A stretch of DNA of 64,000 nt from Gemmatimonadales bacterium (GCA_041615815.1 JBFJCP010000018.1:31350-95349), one strand, 5' to 3'. Positions 38,884-49,357 are shown, numbered from the stretch's first letter. The notes: generated by a model from the letters alone, not told the origin. Translations and numbers: made by a program.

Positions 38884-41800
38884 CTACCGCATACCCGCGG
38901 CCGTAACCGGCCGCGCCTCTCTTTGCCAATAGAACGATCCGGCTTTCCGCTGACGAGGCCACACCTCGTCGAGCGAATTGCCGTCATAGAGCCTTCCGTT
39001 CTTCATGACCATGCGGACGCTGTTGGTGTTGCGAATGTCGTCGAGCGGGTTGCGATCGAGGATCACGAGATCCGCAAGCTTGCCTGGCTGCACGGTTCCG
39101 ATGTCATTGTCCAAGCCGATGGCGCGCGCACCCAGCGCGGTGCCCACGCGCAGGGCATCGTGCTCTGAGAGCCCACCAGCTTGTATTGCCCAAAGCTCCC
39201 AATGATATCCCAGGCCCTGGAGTTGACCGTGGCTCCCGACGCCGGCGAGGCCACCCGCTTCGACGATGTCGGTCACGAGCTTTGCCACGCGGTCCAGCGT
39301 GTGGACCTTGGGATGGAACCAGCCGGCGTTTCGCCGCAACGTCTTGGACTGAATCTCTTCGAACGGTGTGAATCGTCGAAGTTTCTCGTCCTCAAAGGGG
39401 TTCTCGGTGGCATAGAAGAAATTTTCAGCCCATGGACCACCATACGTCACGAGAATCGTGGGTGTGTACGCCGTCCCCGCCTCCACGTATAGACGCACCA
39501 CGTCGCTGTAGAACGGGAAGCCGGGCGTGTTGTGCTCCTGGCCGGGATAGCCGTCGATGGCCATAGTGAGATCCATCTGATAATCGAGGGCGCCCTCCGT
39601 GGTGGGCATCAGCTCGAGCTCTCGCGCTGCGCCGATGATCCACTGTCGCTGCTCGCGGTTCCCCGCTACGTACATCTTGATGGTTTTGGTGTCGTAGTAG
39701 TCGGCGTATCGCCGCATGACCGCCACTGCGTGATCGCGATCCTTGATGTTTTCACCGCTGAAGACACCGGGGCCGGTAGAGTACATTCGCGGGGCGAGAA
39801 TACGCCCGGCGCGCGCCAGGTCCTCGTAGGTCAAGACGTCGGTCGTGGCTGTCTGGGGGTCACGGGTCGTCGTCACCCCATACGCGAGATTGGCCGCGTA
39901 TGACCAGATCTCCCGTCGATGGATGTCCGCGGCGGCGCGTAGATGCGCATGGGTGTCTACGAAACCTGGCACGATGGTGGCCCCGCTCACGTCGATGACG
40001 CGCGCGCCGTCCGGCACGGTCACACTGCCGCGTTCACCCACCGCGGCAATCCGGTTGTTCCGAATCACGATGTCGGCCTCGCGAATCACCTCGTCGCCAC
40101 GCATCGTGATCACGGTCGCCCCACGCAGCACGGCTGTTCCTTGCGGCACGTCGCGGGGAATCTCAATCAAAATGCGGATCTCCTGGGGCTCGTACTTCGC
40201 GTCCTTTGTCTTCTTCTTCTCCGTTCCTTCCCCCTCATCGGCCTCTTCCTCTTCTGCCTCGTCCGCCTCGTCTGCCTCCTCTGCCTCTTGTTTCTTGACC
40301 AACCGCACGCTGTCGTCGAATGCCTTCGCCGCATCGAGGTCGTAGACGAAGTGCGCGTTCCCGATGGACCAGTGCACTTTCCGTCCATCCGCCCTCCAGG
40401 AGGGGAATTGGCCACCGACGATCGTGAGCTTGCGAGCTGGAAACGCCGCGTTTTCCGGGTTCGCGACGGACACCGTCGGAGTCTCCCCTCCCACGAACGG
40501 CACCGTGACGAGGTACAGATCGTTGAGAACGCTGGCAAGCGCTTGGTCTCCTTGGGGGGCCATCAGAATGACCGAGGCGCGGAACGGTTGCGTGGCGTTG
40601 GGAAGCGTGTGCCCGGTGACCTTGACATGCGCCTTCCGATCGGTCCCGTCCCACCGGAACGAGACCAGGCCATCGTCGAAGCTGTACGCGTAGATGCGGC
40701 TTGCGTCACGAGTGAAATGTGGATGCGTGAGCTCGCTGACCGGGGCAATAACGGTCGCGTCACCCCCGGTGGCGGGGACCCAGATGAGATCTTGCGCGCC
40801 CCCCGGCACGCCGCGGGTCAGCGCCTCTTCGAAGGCGCGCGCCGGGCCGCGGATGGCCACGATGCGCGCACCGTCCGGTGACCAGGCGGGTTGTTGATAC
40901 AGCGCCGTCGCCGTGGTGAGCTGCTCGGGTGCGCCACGCCCGTCGCTCCGCACGCGCATGAGATGTCCCCCCTCGCCCGTGGGCGCGGTGACATACGCGA
41001 GCCATCGGCCGTCCGGGGACCAGGTAGGGTGATGCTCGGGTACGTCTCGGTTGGTGATCAGACGCGGCGTGCCGTCGGGGTAGTCCATCACGTAGAGCCG
41101 GTCGAGAACCGTAAACGCCAACCGACGCCCATCGGGCGAAGGAACCGCGTCCCGAATCTGGCGGGCGACGAACGAGGCGGAATCCGCGATCGGATAGTCG
41201 AACGCTACTCGCGGACCCAGGTCGAGATCGACGTCGACCTCGAAGGGGATCTCGATGGCGGGGCTGCCATCGACGGGGACGCGCCAGATGCGGCCTCCGT
41301 ACGAGACGACGACCGCGCGTGAATCGGGCGTAAACGACATCCCGGGCAGAGCGTCGCGCGATGCCACCGCCTCCTGTTCGTCTCGTTGGATGGGGTACGC
41401 GAGCCAGCGCTCCGCGCCCGTAGTCAAGCTACGCAGGCGGAGACCGGTCTCGTCGACATGGCGGGACCCATACACCAGCCACTGCCCGTCCGGCGACAAG
41501 GTGGGCCGGATACCGCCGCCATATCGATGGCTCCGCATGACATGTTCACCGGTCTCCCGATCGTACACGCCGAGCTGCCATTCGCGCATGGGCGAGTTGT
41601 AGGTCCAGGTATTCCGCCGCTGCGCGAACCAGACGTAGCGGGCGTCAGGCCCAAATGCGGGACCGGTCGTGCGGAGGTTCTCGGGTTCGTCGATGAGCGT
41701 AGCCCCCGATCCGCCTTCGGCATGAAACAGGTGCAGCCGGCCGGGGCCACGGGCATCGCGCGAGACCACGATGTATGCGCCATCCGGTGTCCATTCCGGT

Positions 41801-42276
41801 GACTGATACAGGTTGTTCTTGCCTTTGCTCACCTGGACCGTGTCAGCGCGATCCATTGAGATGATCCAGATGCCCGACCCGCCCTGTCGGTCCGACACGA
41901 ACACCACCCGGCTGCCGTCTGGACTGAAGCGCGGCTGCGCGTCGAACGCCATTCCCTGGGTCAGTGGGGTCGCCTTGCCGCCTGCGAAAGGCATCGTATA
42001 GAGGTCGCCCAAGAGATCGAAGACGATGGTGCGGCCGTCCGGGCTGACGTCGAGGGACATCCACGAACCCTCGGTGGCCGTGAACTGGAGCCTCCGATCA
42101 GGCTCGAGCGGCAGACCTTCCTGGCGGGCTTTCTTGGCCTTTTTGGCCTCGTCCGCTGCCGTACTGTCCTCGGCGGCGGGATCCTGCGCGGCGGCGCGGG
42201 TGGCCAGGGGGCCCGTGGCCATCCCCGACGCGAGCACAAATGTGAACAGAGCGTAAGACGCACGGGACAGGATCAT
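38884..42276 (-). CDS. Exported amidohydrolase fused to TolB/PD40 beta-propeller repeats
   Basis: Repeated P.FSPDG motifs; PGFVDTHAH, YGVTT..DP, GSHGQLQGLG.HWE; AAGGAG RBS before ATG 42276. Confidence 0.9.
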   Translation of the reverse strand: MILSRASYALFTFVLASGMATGPLATRAAAQDPAAEDSTAADEAKKAKKARQEGLPLEPDRRLQFTATEGSWMSLDVSPDGRTIVFDLLGDLYTMPFAGGKATPLTQGMAFDAQPRFSPDGSRVVFVSDRQGGSGIWIISMDRADTVQVSKGKNNLYQSPEWTPDGAYIVVSRDARGPGRLHLFHAEGGSGATLIDEPENLRTTGPAFGPDARYVWFAQRRNTWTYNSPMREWQLGVYDRETGEHVMRSHRYGGGIRPTLSPDGQWLVYGSRHVDETGLRLRSLTTGAERWLAYPIQRDEQEAVASRDALPGMSFTPDSRAVVVSYGGRIWRVPVDGSPAIEIPFEVDVDLDLGPRVAFDYPIADSASFVARQIRDAVPSPDGRRLAFTVLDRLYVMDYPDGTPRLITNRDVPEHHPTWSPDGRWLAYVTAPTGEGGHLMRVRSDGRGAPEQLTTATALYQQPAWSPDGARIVAIRGPARAFEEALTRGVPGGAQDLIWVPATGGDATVIAPVSELTHPHFTRDASRIYAYSFDDGLVSFRWDGTDRKAHVKVTGHTLPNATQPFRASVILMAPQGDQALASVLNDLYLVTVPFVGGETPTVSVANPENAAFPARKLTIVGGQFPSWRADGRKVHWSIGNAHFVYDLDAAKAFDDSVRLVKKQEAEEADEADEAEEEEADEGEGTEKKKTKDAKYEPQEIRILIEIPRDVPQGTAVLRGATVITMRGDEVIREADIVIRNNRIAAVGERGSVTVPDGARVIDVSGATIVPGFVDTHAHLRAAADIHRREIWSYAANLAYGVTTTRDPQTATTDVLTYEDLARAGRILAPRMYSTGPGVFSGENIKDRDHAVAVMRRYADYYDTKTIKMYVAGNREQRQWIIGAARELELMPTTEGALDYQMDLTMAIDGYPGQEHNTPGFPFYSDVVRLYVEAGTAYTPTILVTYGGPWAENFFYATENPFEDEKLRRFTPFEEIQSKTLRRNAGWFHPKVHTLDRVAKLVTDIVEAGGLAGVGSHGQLQGLGYHWELWAIQAGGLSEHDALRVGTALGARAIGLDNDIGTVQPGKLADLVILDRNPLDDIRNTNSVRMVMKNGRLYDGNSLDEVWPRQRKAGSFYWQREARPVTAAGMR

Positions 42277-42527
42277 CGTGACTCCTTTGCGAACTGAAAC
42301 GGCTCGATCGACGCGGTGAGTGAGAGATACTGGCCTCTCATAAGATACCGCCACGGGCACGAGGGTTGCGTCGACGCGGTGATGCCGGGCGATGTGCTAT
42401 CGGGGGAGAGATCTTTCTCACAACCGACGCAGCCGGCGCATAGCATCGAGACGAGCGCTATTACGCCGGCTGGCGATATCGGACTGGTCTTGCTGGCTTT
42501 CCTACTTCCGCCCCACCTACGTCCCTG

Positions 42528-44969
42528 TTACGGAGTACCTGACGGCTCGGCCGCGCCTCGAATGGCATCCTTGAGCAACCGGTTCATGAGCTCGGTATGC
42601 TCATCGGTCGTGAGTCTACCCGGCGTGGCGATGGCAGCCCACAGCGCATCGTTGGTCATCTCACGGTGGCACCCCATGCAGAGACCAGTGCGCTGGAGTC
42701 GGTCACGTTCTTCGCGATTGAGTGCGCGGGACAACGGCCAGTGCGTGCCCACAGTCTGTACCTGGTTCCCGGTGCTGTCTACGATCGTGGACCAGTCGAA
42801 CGTGAGATCCGGGATCGCCTCGATTTGGATCTGATAACGCTTCGGAATGACCGCGCCAGTTCGTGCGTCGATCAGATCTTCGACGATGGGCTGTGCATAG
42901 CGAGCCTGGAATACTCCACCGGAGATGCCGTAGCCGAGGGCCTTCGGATTGTTGTGGCAACTTTCACACGTGCGCGCCTGTCGCTGGGCCGAGTGCGGCT
43001 GGACCGGAGCCATGTCGAGACCGAGCGGGACGTGTTCCTGTCCGGCGGCAACGGCTTCGTCAGGGGACCGGGCGATGGTATTGTGCGTGAGCGTTTCGCC
43101 CTTTCGGTCGATGACGGTGAACAATACCTGACACCCTGGCATCAGCGGCGTCACACGGCCCTCTCCGTTGATCCCCAGGACCGGCTCCTCCCACCGCAGG
43201 TAGGAGCGGGTCTCGAACACCTTCCCGGGGCTCGATATCCCCGGAGTGCCCAAGTGGGATTCCGCCGTCTGGCCATCAGAAGTCCGTGAGGTCCCGGACG
43301 CGACCCAGTCGATGTCGCTCAACGGTGCACCGCTGTCGTCGAGTCCGTAGTTGACTTGCACATGACATCCATAGCACTGGGGTACCCACGAGGCGTGACA
43401 AGCGTAGCACTCCAAGCGCTCGGCATGTGCCTGGACCCGCGCCATCGCGACTTCCGCATTGGGGCTGCTCCAGCTGTTCTCCGCCGCGATGGTCTTGAGC
43501 AACGGAACCAGGAAATCCGTCCCTGTCGCGGAGTGTAGGACCACGCTCTCGCCGCGCTTTACCACGTTCCCGAAGGGGTTGCCCCGTGCGGTCAGGAGAT
43601 AGCCATCACCAGCGTCGTAGAGTGTGCCAAACCCTGCCTCGATCCCGGCACGCTCGGCCAATCCACGCGGCGCCGCGGACAATTCCCGCGCAAACTCCTC
43701 ACCAAAGCCAAGGGCAAGCTCCCACGGGTACAGCTCAGGCGTCCCGTGGCAGTCGGCGCACTCGATCTCGACCTGCGCGAGGGTAGTGCCGAAGATATTG
43801 CCATCGCCGTGCATCTCGATGCTCGTGTGACAGTCCTGGCACAACATTCCGCCTTGGGGATTCTCCGGTCGGCTCTGTTGCTGATGATGGAGGTCGTCTG
43901 AGATGAATAGGTACTTCTTGGTGTGCAGCGGAGGCTGTGTGCCGCCGGTTCGGGTGAACGGGCTGCCGTAAGGGAACTCCATGAGCCCTTGGTAGGTGAC
44001 ACCGATCCGCTTCCCGCGGTTGTGGCAGGAATTGCAGGATTCCACGGGGATGCCTCCGCCCGCCTCCCGAGTTCCGATGATGCGGTGCGTCAGCATGTGG
44101 CCCTGCTCGTCCGGATCGATGGTTGGATCACCGCCCTCGTAATAGCCTTCGTTCCCATACGGGACGTGACAGGCCGAGCATCCCATGCCCCGATAGTCAC
44201 CGCGTGCTTCCCGGCCGCGCACCCCCACGTGGCAGCGCTGGCACTGCTGTCGCTGGTAGGTGTATCCGGCCAGCTTCGGATCCGCTTCGATCTCCTCGAC
44301 GGACGGGTTGGGTATCTGTGTCAGTGATGTGGGGAATTGCTTGGGGAATGCCTCGATCATCGCAGCCATGTACTGCTTGTACGCGGGTGTGCCGGCCACG
44401 GGCACCCGACCATCGGTATCGTCCACCGCGTAGTTGCCCCACGGAACGTTGTAGTCGCGCACCTCGTCGATCCCCCAAGTGTGAAGATTGCCCTGAATCT
44501 TCCCGGCTTCGGTGGCCATCAGGGCTCGTTCCATACGGTACGCGTATCCCGGGTGACATTGTCCGCACGTCCGATCCGCCACCCAAATGCTTCCGGGATC
44601 GCGGTAGAACTCGGTTGGGCCGTTGGGTGGCATGTTGGCAGGTGCACCCGTGTGCGCCGCCTCTGCGGCGGTGGCCGACGGATCGCCACCGTGACACACC
44701 ACGCAGCCCTCGGGATCGCCGTAGGCCAGGCCCATGCCACGGATGGTGGCCAACATGGCGCTCCCGTCTTCGCGGATGGGTTCGATGCCCTCATGGCAAC
44801 TCAAGCAGCCCAGCGCCTGCGCCCGTTCTGCGGTCGTACTTACGACGTCTCGACGTACTTCGGCGCCGGCCTGGGCCTGCCGGCACGCCGTGGAGGAGCT
44901 GCTGAGGCCCGCGGCAACAAGAGCAGCAGCGAGGGGGGATGCGTACTTCATGAGATTCGATTTGCTCAT
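42528..44969 (-). CDS. Dodecahaem c-type cytochrome lipoprotein
   Basis: Twelve CxxCH motifs (CLSCH, CVVCH, CGQCH, CQRCH, CSACH, CNSCH, CQDCH, CADCH, CYACH, CYGCH, CESCH, CMGCH); lipobox-like STAC. Confidence 0.93.
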   Translation of the reverse strand: MSKSNLMKYASPLAAALVAAGLSSSSTACRQAQAGAEVRRDVVSTTAERAQALGCLSCHEGIEPIREDGSAMLATIRGMGLAYGDPEGCVVCHGGDPSATAAEAAHTGAPANMPPNGPTEFYRDPGSIWVADRTCGQCHPGYAYRMERALMATEAGKIQGNLHTWGIDEVRDYNVPWGNYAVDDTDGRVPVAGTPAYKQYMAAMIEAFPKQFPTSLTQIPNPSVEEIEADPKLAGYTYQRQQCQRCHVGVRGREARGDYRGMGCSACHVPYGNEGYYEGGDPTIDPDEQGHMLTHRIIGTREAGGGIPVESCNSCHNRGKRIGVTYQGLMEFPYGSPFTRTGGTQPPLHTKKYLFISDDLHHQQQSRPENPQGGMLCQDCHTSIEMHGDGNIFGTTLAQVEIECADCHGTPELYPWELALGFGEEFARELSAAPRGLAERAGIEAGFGTLYDAGDGYLLTARGNPFGNVVKRGESVVLHSATGTDFLVPLLKTIAAENSWSSPNAEVAMARVQAHAERLECYACHASWVPQCYGCHVQVNYGLDDSGAPLSDIDWVASGTSRTSDGQTAESHLGTPGISSPGKVFETRSYLRWEEPVLGINGEGRVTPLMPGCQVLFTVIDRKGETLTHNTIARSPDEAVAAGQEHVPLGLDMAPVQPHSAQRQARTCESCHNNPKALGYGISGGVFQARYAQPIVEDLIDARTGAVIPKRYQIQIEAIPDLTFDWSTIVDSTGNQVQTVGTHWPLSRALNREERDRLQRTGLCMGCHREMTNDALWAAIATPGRLTTDEHTELMNRLLKDAIRGAAEPSGTP

Positions 44970-45027
44970 GGGAGCACCCTTCGTCTGCAGAGTTCGACCC
45001 GAATCGAAGTGATCATAAGCGATCGAT

Positions 45028-46149
45028 CTAAAAGCTCATGTTGAGATCCAACCGAAAGCGTTTCTGTAAGGTGTCGACGCGGGGGTCGTCAGTTGCACTC
45101 CACAGCGTCCAGAGATTGACAACTGCCCGGGGCCAGACCTGGACCGTCACTCCCGCAACGTGCCCACGGAAGTTGGTGCCGTTCAAGAAGTCATCGTGCA
45201 CGAACGGCGCGAACGCCGCCTCTTGGCCCAGCTGCTGATACTGGTAGAACACGCGCCAATCCCGTACTTCCCCCAGCTTGCCGACCTGAACACCAAGGGC
45301 AAACCCATCGTCGTCGAAGCCATCGGCGGCCGAGGTGTTCTTGATGAACTGTCCACTCACCAATACAGGGAATCTCGCATCGTATCGAAGCGAGGCGAAC
45401 GCTTGGACGATGTCGAAGTCGGACAAAAACAGGGTGTCACCCGCGGCGTCGATCGCCAAAGCGTTGCCCTGGTTCTCCTGCGCAAGAAGTGCAGATCCTC
45501 CGGCATCGGGCCGCTCGAATCCGTAGAATCCCAGTGCGACGGCCCCGCGCACGGGGCCCGAGATGACGTTCGACCAGTGAGCCTGACCGGCGGTGAGACC
45601 CACGCTCTTACCCGGTGATCGCTGCAGGAGGAGATACTGAGCACCCACGACCCTGAATCCCCCGATGGGTCCCAGGACCACCGCGAGCCCTTCCGGCTGA
45701 ATGTCGGCGTCCCAAACCAACTCACTGTAGATCGCAGCGTTGACAAGAGGGTTTCCGAACTTGCCGGCATACACGGTGACGGGCTGCTCGAGGGGCGGCT
45801 GCCACCGCAGGAAAGCTCGATCGAGGCGGAATTCGTAGGTCTTGAACCCATTCCCCAGGGTTTGGTGTGGCGAATTGGGGTCGCGTAGGTTGGAGCCCGT
45901 GGCCATGCGTGCCCCGACGACGAGCTGGGACGTGAGGCGGGCCTCCACACCCGCTCGGAATCGGATGCGTGGGCGAGCTCTATCTTCGCTCCCCGTCCGA
46001 TCGATATCCCACTCCCCACGAAGACGGAGGTCCCCGAAGAGTCGGATTCGCTGCGCTGGCTCGGGCTGTTGAGCGAGTGTTGGCTGAGCTGAACAGAAAA
46101 GCAGGGTCGCAAGGACGCCCACCAAATACCGCGGGAGGTGAGAGGCCAC
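45028..46149 (-). CDS. Putative outer-membrane beta-barrel porin
   Basis: Signal peptide; GDLRLRGE, R.RIRFR, LVWDADIQPEG, TN.RGH; alternating amphipathic strands; C-terminal Phe (RLDLNMSF). Confidence 0.85.
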   Translation of the reverse strand: MASHLPRYLVGVLATLLFCSAQPTLAQQPEPAQRIRLFGDLRLRGEWDIDRTGSEDRARPRIRFRAGVEARLTSQLVVGARMATGSNLRDPNSPHQTLGNGFKTYEFRLDRAFLRWQPPLEQPVTVYAGKFGNPLVNAAIYSELVWDADIQPEGLAVVLGPIGGFRVVGAQYLLLQRSPGKSVGLTAGQAHWSNVISGPVRGAVALGFYGFERPDAGGSALLAQENQGNALAIDAAGDTLFLSDFDIVQAFASLRYDARFPVLVSGQFIKNTSAADGFDDDGFALGVQVGKLGEVRDWRVFYQYQQLGQEAAFAPFVHDDFLNGTNFRGHVAGVTVQVWPRAVVNLWTLWSATDDPRVDTLQKRFRLDLNMSF

Positions 46150-46170
46150 GGTTCCTCCGACGTTGGCACA

Positions 46171-46233
46171 GGGTAATGGAGTTACCCCACTATCCGCGCG
46201 GCTGCCTAAACTCGTCGTGAAGATGTCGTTAAG
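46171..46233 (-). promoter_or_regulatory. 11-bp direct repeats plus an inverted repeat upstream of the porin
   Basis: Minus strand CTTAACGACAT CTTCACGACGA GTTTAGGCAGC (46233-46201); GGGTAA-N5-TTACCC at 46171-46187. Confidence 0.45.
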
Positions 46234-46263
46234 TGCCGGGCTTCCAATGTCAACGGAAAGCGA

Positions 46264-49203
46264 TCATGTGCCTGAGCGAGTGTCGCCCTCCTGCTCTTCG
46301 CTCGCGGTCCCGCCCAGGCCCAACGCCCGGGAAAGGATCTGGGCTACGTGGTGTGACTCACGTCCCGTCCCGTCCTCGATCTGGCGCCGGCAGCTCGTGC
46401 CATCCGCCACGATCCACGTTCGCCCTCCTGCCGCCCGCACGGCTGGAAACAAGCTGAGCTCACCCATGGCCATGGAGACGTCCTGGTGACGAGCCTCATA
46501 CCCGAACGAACCGGCCATGCCACAGCAGCTCGATTCGATCTGCTCGACGCGCAGGTGGGGAATCCACTCGAGGACCGTGCGAACGGCGTCCATGGCGCCG
46601 AAGGCCTTCTGATGACAGTGACCATGGACGAGGAGCCGGTCCACCGGTAGCGGGGGCCCGTGTTGGAGCTCGATGGGAGCGGGTGTCGTGGCGAGAAACT
46701 CCTCGAACAAGAGTGCCCGTTCGCCGAGCCGTTTTGCCGCCGTTCCCGGTACGAGTGCGTTGAGTTCATCGCGAAACGTGAGGAGGCACGATGGTTCGAG
46801 CCCCACGATCGTCCCGCCCCGTTCGAGGTGGGGCTCGAGCGCGGACAGCACTCGTTTCGCCTCCGCCCGAGCCTCGCGGATGAACCCGGCATTGAGATAG
46901 GTACGACCGCAGCAGAGAGGACGGCCACCGCTACGGGGCGATGCCACGGCGATCCGATGACCGAGATGTCGCAGGACGGCAATCGCCGCGTGAACGTTCT
47001 CAGGCTCGTAATAGCGGTTGAAGGTATCGACGAAGAGCACCACCGGGGCCGGCTCGCCATTCGCGCTCGGATCCCGGAAGGCGTCACGTCGCCAGGCCGG
47101 TAGTCGTCGTTTCGCCGAGAGTCCCAACGCGAGCTCGCTGACGCGCGCGAGGCCGGGCACGCGGTCGCGGAGGTTAAAGAGCTTCGGCAGCTTCGCCGCC
47201 CAGGGGGCGTACCGGGGAAGGTGTGCGACGAGCCGCGTGCGCAGGGGTACTCGACGCTTGTCGTAGTAGAGCCGCAGAAACTCGATCTTCATGCGGGCCA
47301 TGTCCACACCCATCGGACACTCGGTGCGGCAGGCTTTGCAGCTCACGCATAGCTCCATCGTCTCGTACATCTCGTCCGAGGTGATGGCGGTGTGACCCAA
47401 CTGTCCCGTGAGTGCGAGACGTAACGTGTTGGCGCGGCCTCGGGTCACATGAACCTCGTCGCCGGTGACGCGGTAGGACGGGCACATGACACCGGACGAC
47501 CGTTTGCGGCACGCGCCGTTGTTGTTGCACATCTCGACGGCGCCGTGCCAACCATTCCAATCCGACCAGTCGAATGCTCGCGGGACGGGTGCCCAGCCGT
47601 AATCAGGCCCGTACCGGAAGATCGTCCGATCGTCCATACGCGGCGCGCGTACGATCTTGCCCGGATTGAACCGGCCCGCCGGATCGAACGCCTCCTTCAC
47701 GGTTGCGAAGGCTCGGGCAATGCGCGGGCCCAGCATCGGCTCGAGAAACTCGGAGCGGACGAGGCCATCGCCATGTTCGCCGGAGTGTGACCCTTTGAAC
47801 TCGCGTACCAGGGCGTGGGCCTCGTCGGCGATCCTGCGCATATGCGTGATGTCACGTTCGGATTTCAGATTCAGGGCGGGCCTGACGTGGAGGCAGCCCA
47901 CGGAAGCGTGGGCGTAGAAGGTTCCCGACGTTCCGTACTTGTGGAAGATGTCCGTGAGCCGACTCGTGTACTCGGCGAGATGCTCGAGGGGTACGGCACA
48001 GTCTTCGATGAACGAAACCGGCTTCCGGTCGCCACGCATGGACATGACGATGTTGAGGCCGGCCTTACGCACGGACCATATCTCAGCCTGGGCCCGAGGG
48101 TCCACGGCATGCACCACAGTGGCGGCACCGCCCGATGGCAGCACAAGATCCAGCTCCTGAAGACGCGTCTCGAGCTTTTCGGGCTGATCGCCGGCAAACT
48201 CCACCAAGAGCAATGCCGCGGGTTCCCCGCTCACAAACCTCGAGAGGGCGCGGCGGAACATCGGGTTCTCTCCGGCGAGATCCAAGAGCGTACGGTCCAC
48301 CAGCTCCACCGCTGTGGGTTGGAGTGTCACGATGTGCTGGACGGCATCCATCGCGTCACGGAGCGATCCGAAGTGGCACACCCCGAGAACGCGGTGGCGC
48401 GGGAGGGGTGCCAACGACAACGAAATGCTCGTGAAGAAGCCGAGCGTTCCCTCGGAGCCGACGAGCAGGTGGGCCATGTTGTGACCGTCGAGCGAAACCC
48501 GGTGCAGGTTGTACCCAGCCACGTGCCGGAGCACGGTGGGGACTCGACGCATGAGCTCGTCACGTTCCTCCATGTAAACCGTTCGGATACGTTGCACCAG
48601 CTCGCGATACGCGCTGTCCGACTGCGAGAGTCGATCCAAGTCCCCCGGTTCCTGGCCAAAGGTTCGTCGCGCGCCGTCGGCCAACACCGCATCGATGCTC
48701 CGGACATTGTCCACCATCAGCCCGTACCGAAGAGAACGCGCCCCCGCGCTGTTGTTCCCGGCCATTCCGCCGAGCGTGGCCTGGGCCGAGGTGGCGACAT
48801 CCACCGGGAACCAGAGCCCGTGTGGGGCGAGAAAGGCGTTGAGGTGGTCGAGCACGACTCCTGGCTCCACCGTGATCGTGCGCGTCTCCCGATCGAAGTC
48901 CGTCCAGCGCGTGAGGTATTTGCTGGTATCGACGATCAGGGCGCGTCCCACAGCCTGTCCCGCCTGGGAGGTGCCGGCCCCACGTGGCAACACGGGGAGA
49001 TCCTCCTCCGTGGCGATCTGGATCGTCCGCACCACGTCTTCCTCGGTTCGCGGAAGCACCACGCCGAGCGGCTCGATCTGGTAGAAGGACGCGTCGGTGC
49101 TATATCGACCGAGGGTGAAGGGATCGACGTACACCTCCCCCTCGAGCTCGCGTCGCAGCCGCGTGGCCAGGCGAGGATCACCAGGGGAAAGCCGGGAGGT
49201 CAT
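46264..49203 (-). CDS. FAD-linked oxidase/4Fe-4S fusion (GlcD/GlcF- or YdiJ-like 2-hydroxyacid dehydrogenase)
   Basis: PRGAGTS, GGMAGNNSAG, GSEGTLG, SGEHGDG, CNNNGAC...MCPS, CVSCKAC...CP, CCG domains, HGHCHQ. Confidence 0.92.
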   Translation of the reverse strand: MTSRLSPGDPRLATRLRRELEGEVYVDPFTLGRYSTDASFYQIEPLGVVLPRTEEDVVRTIQIATEEDLPVLPRGAGTSQAGQAVGRALIVDTSKYLTRWTDFDRETRTITVEPGVVLDHLNAFLAPHGLWFPVDVATSAQATLGGMAGNNSAGARSLRYGLMVDNVRSIDAVLADGARRTFGQEPGDLDRLSQSDSAYRELVQRIRTVYMEERDELMRRVPTVLRHVAGYNLHRVSLDGHNMAHLLVGSEGTLGFFTSISLSLAPLPRHRVLGVCHFGSLRDAMDAVQHIVTLQPTAVELVDRTLLDLAGENPMFRRALSRFVSGEPAALLLVEFAGDQPEKLETRLQELDLVLPSGGAATVVHAVDPRAQAEIWSVRKAGLNIVMSMRGDRKPVSFIEDCAVPLEHLAEYTSRLTDIFHKYGTSGTFYAHASVGCLHVRPALNLKSERDITHMRRIADEAHALVREFKGSHSGEHGDGLVRSEFLEPMLGPRIARAFATVKEAFDPAGRFNPGKIVRAPRMDDRTIFRYGPDYGWAPVPRAFDWSDWNGWHGAVEMCNNNGACRKRSSGVMCPSYRVTGDEVHVTRGRANTLRLALTGQLGHTAITSDEMYETMELCVSCKACRTECPMGVDMARMKIEFLRLYYDKRRVPLRTRLVAHLPRYAPWAAKLPKLFNLRDRVPGLARVSELALGLSAKRRLPAWRRDAFRDPSANGEPAPVVLFVDTFNRYYEPENVHAAIAVLRHLGHRIAVASPRSGGRPLCCGRTYLNAGFIREARAEAKRVLSALEPHLERGGTIVGLEPSCLLTFRDELNALVPGTAAKRLGERALLFEEFLATTPAPIELQHGPPLPVDRLLVHGHCHQKAFGAMDAVRTVLEWIPHLRVEQIESSCCGMAGSFGYEARHQDVSMAMGELSLFPAVRAAGGRTWIVADGTSCRRQIEDGTGRESHHVAQILSRALGLGGTASEEQEGDTRSGT

Positions 49204-49223
49204 GGCGAGGTGCTGGGTGTCAG

Positions 49224-49251
49224 GGGGTCAGAGGTTAGGGGTTAGGGATTA
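49224..49251 (+). repeat. Heptamer tandem repeat GGGGTCA GAGGTTA GGGGTTA GGGATTA
   Basis: 7-nt periodicity in a divergent intergenic region. Confidence 0.6.
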
Positions 49252-49357
49252 AGCGATTGGGGGCGCCCAACGCACCTTCCGCTCCTGTAGCCCCAACCGT
49301 ACCATTGCTCAGACTTCTGCATAAGCTACGTCAAGCGGCCGATGTCGAAAGGATTCC

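Noticed and set aside
40200..40295. Acidic/basic low-complexity insert in the PD40-amidohydrolase
   Set aside because: Probably an ordinary flexible interdomain loop; nothing supports a separate function.
42528..42530. Selenocysteine read-through of the multihaem cytochrome
   Set aside because: The stop codon is TAA and the ORF contains no in-frame TGA.
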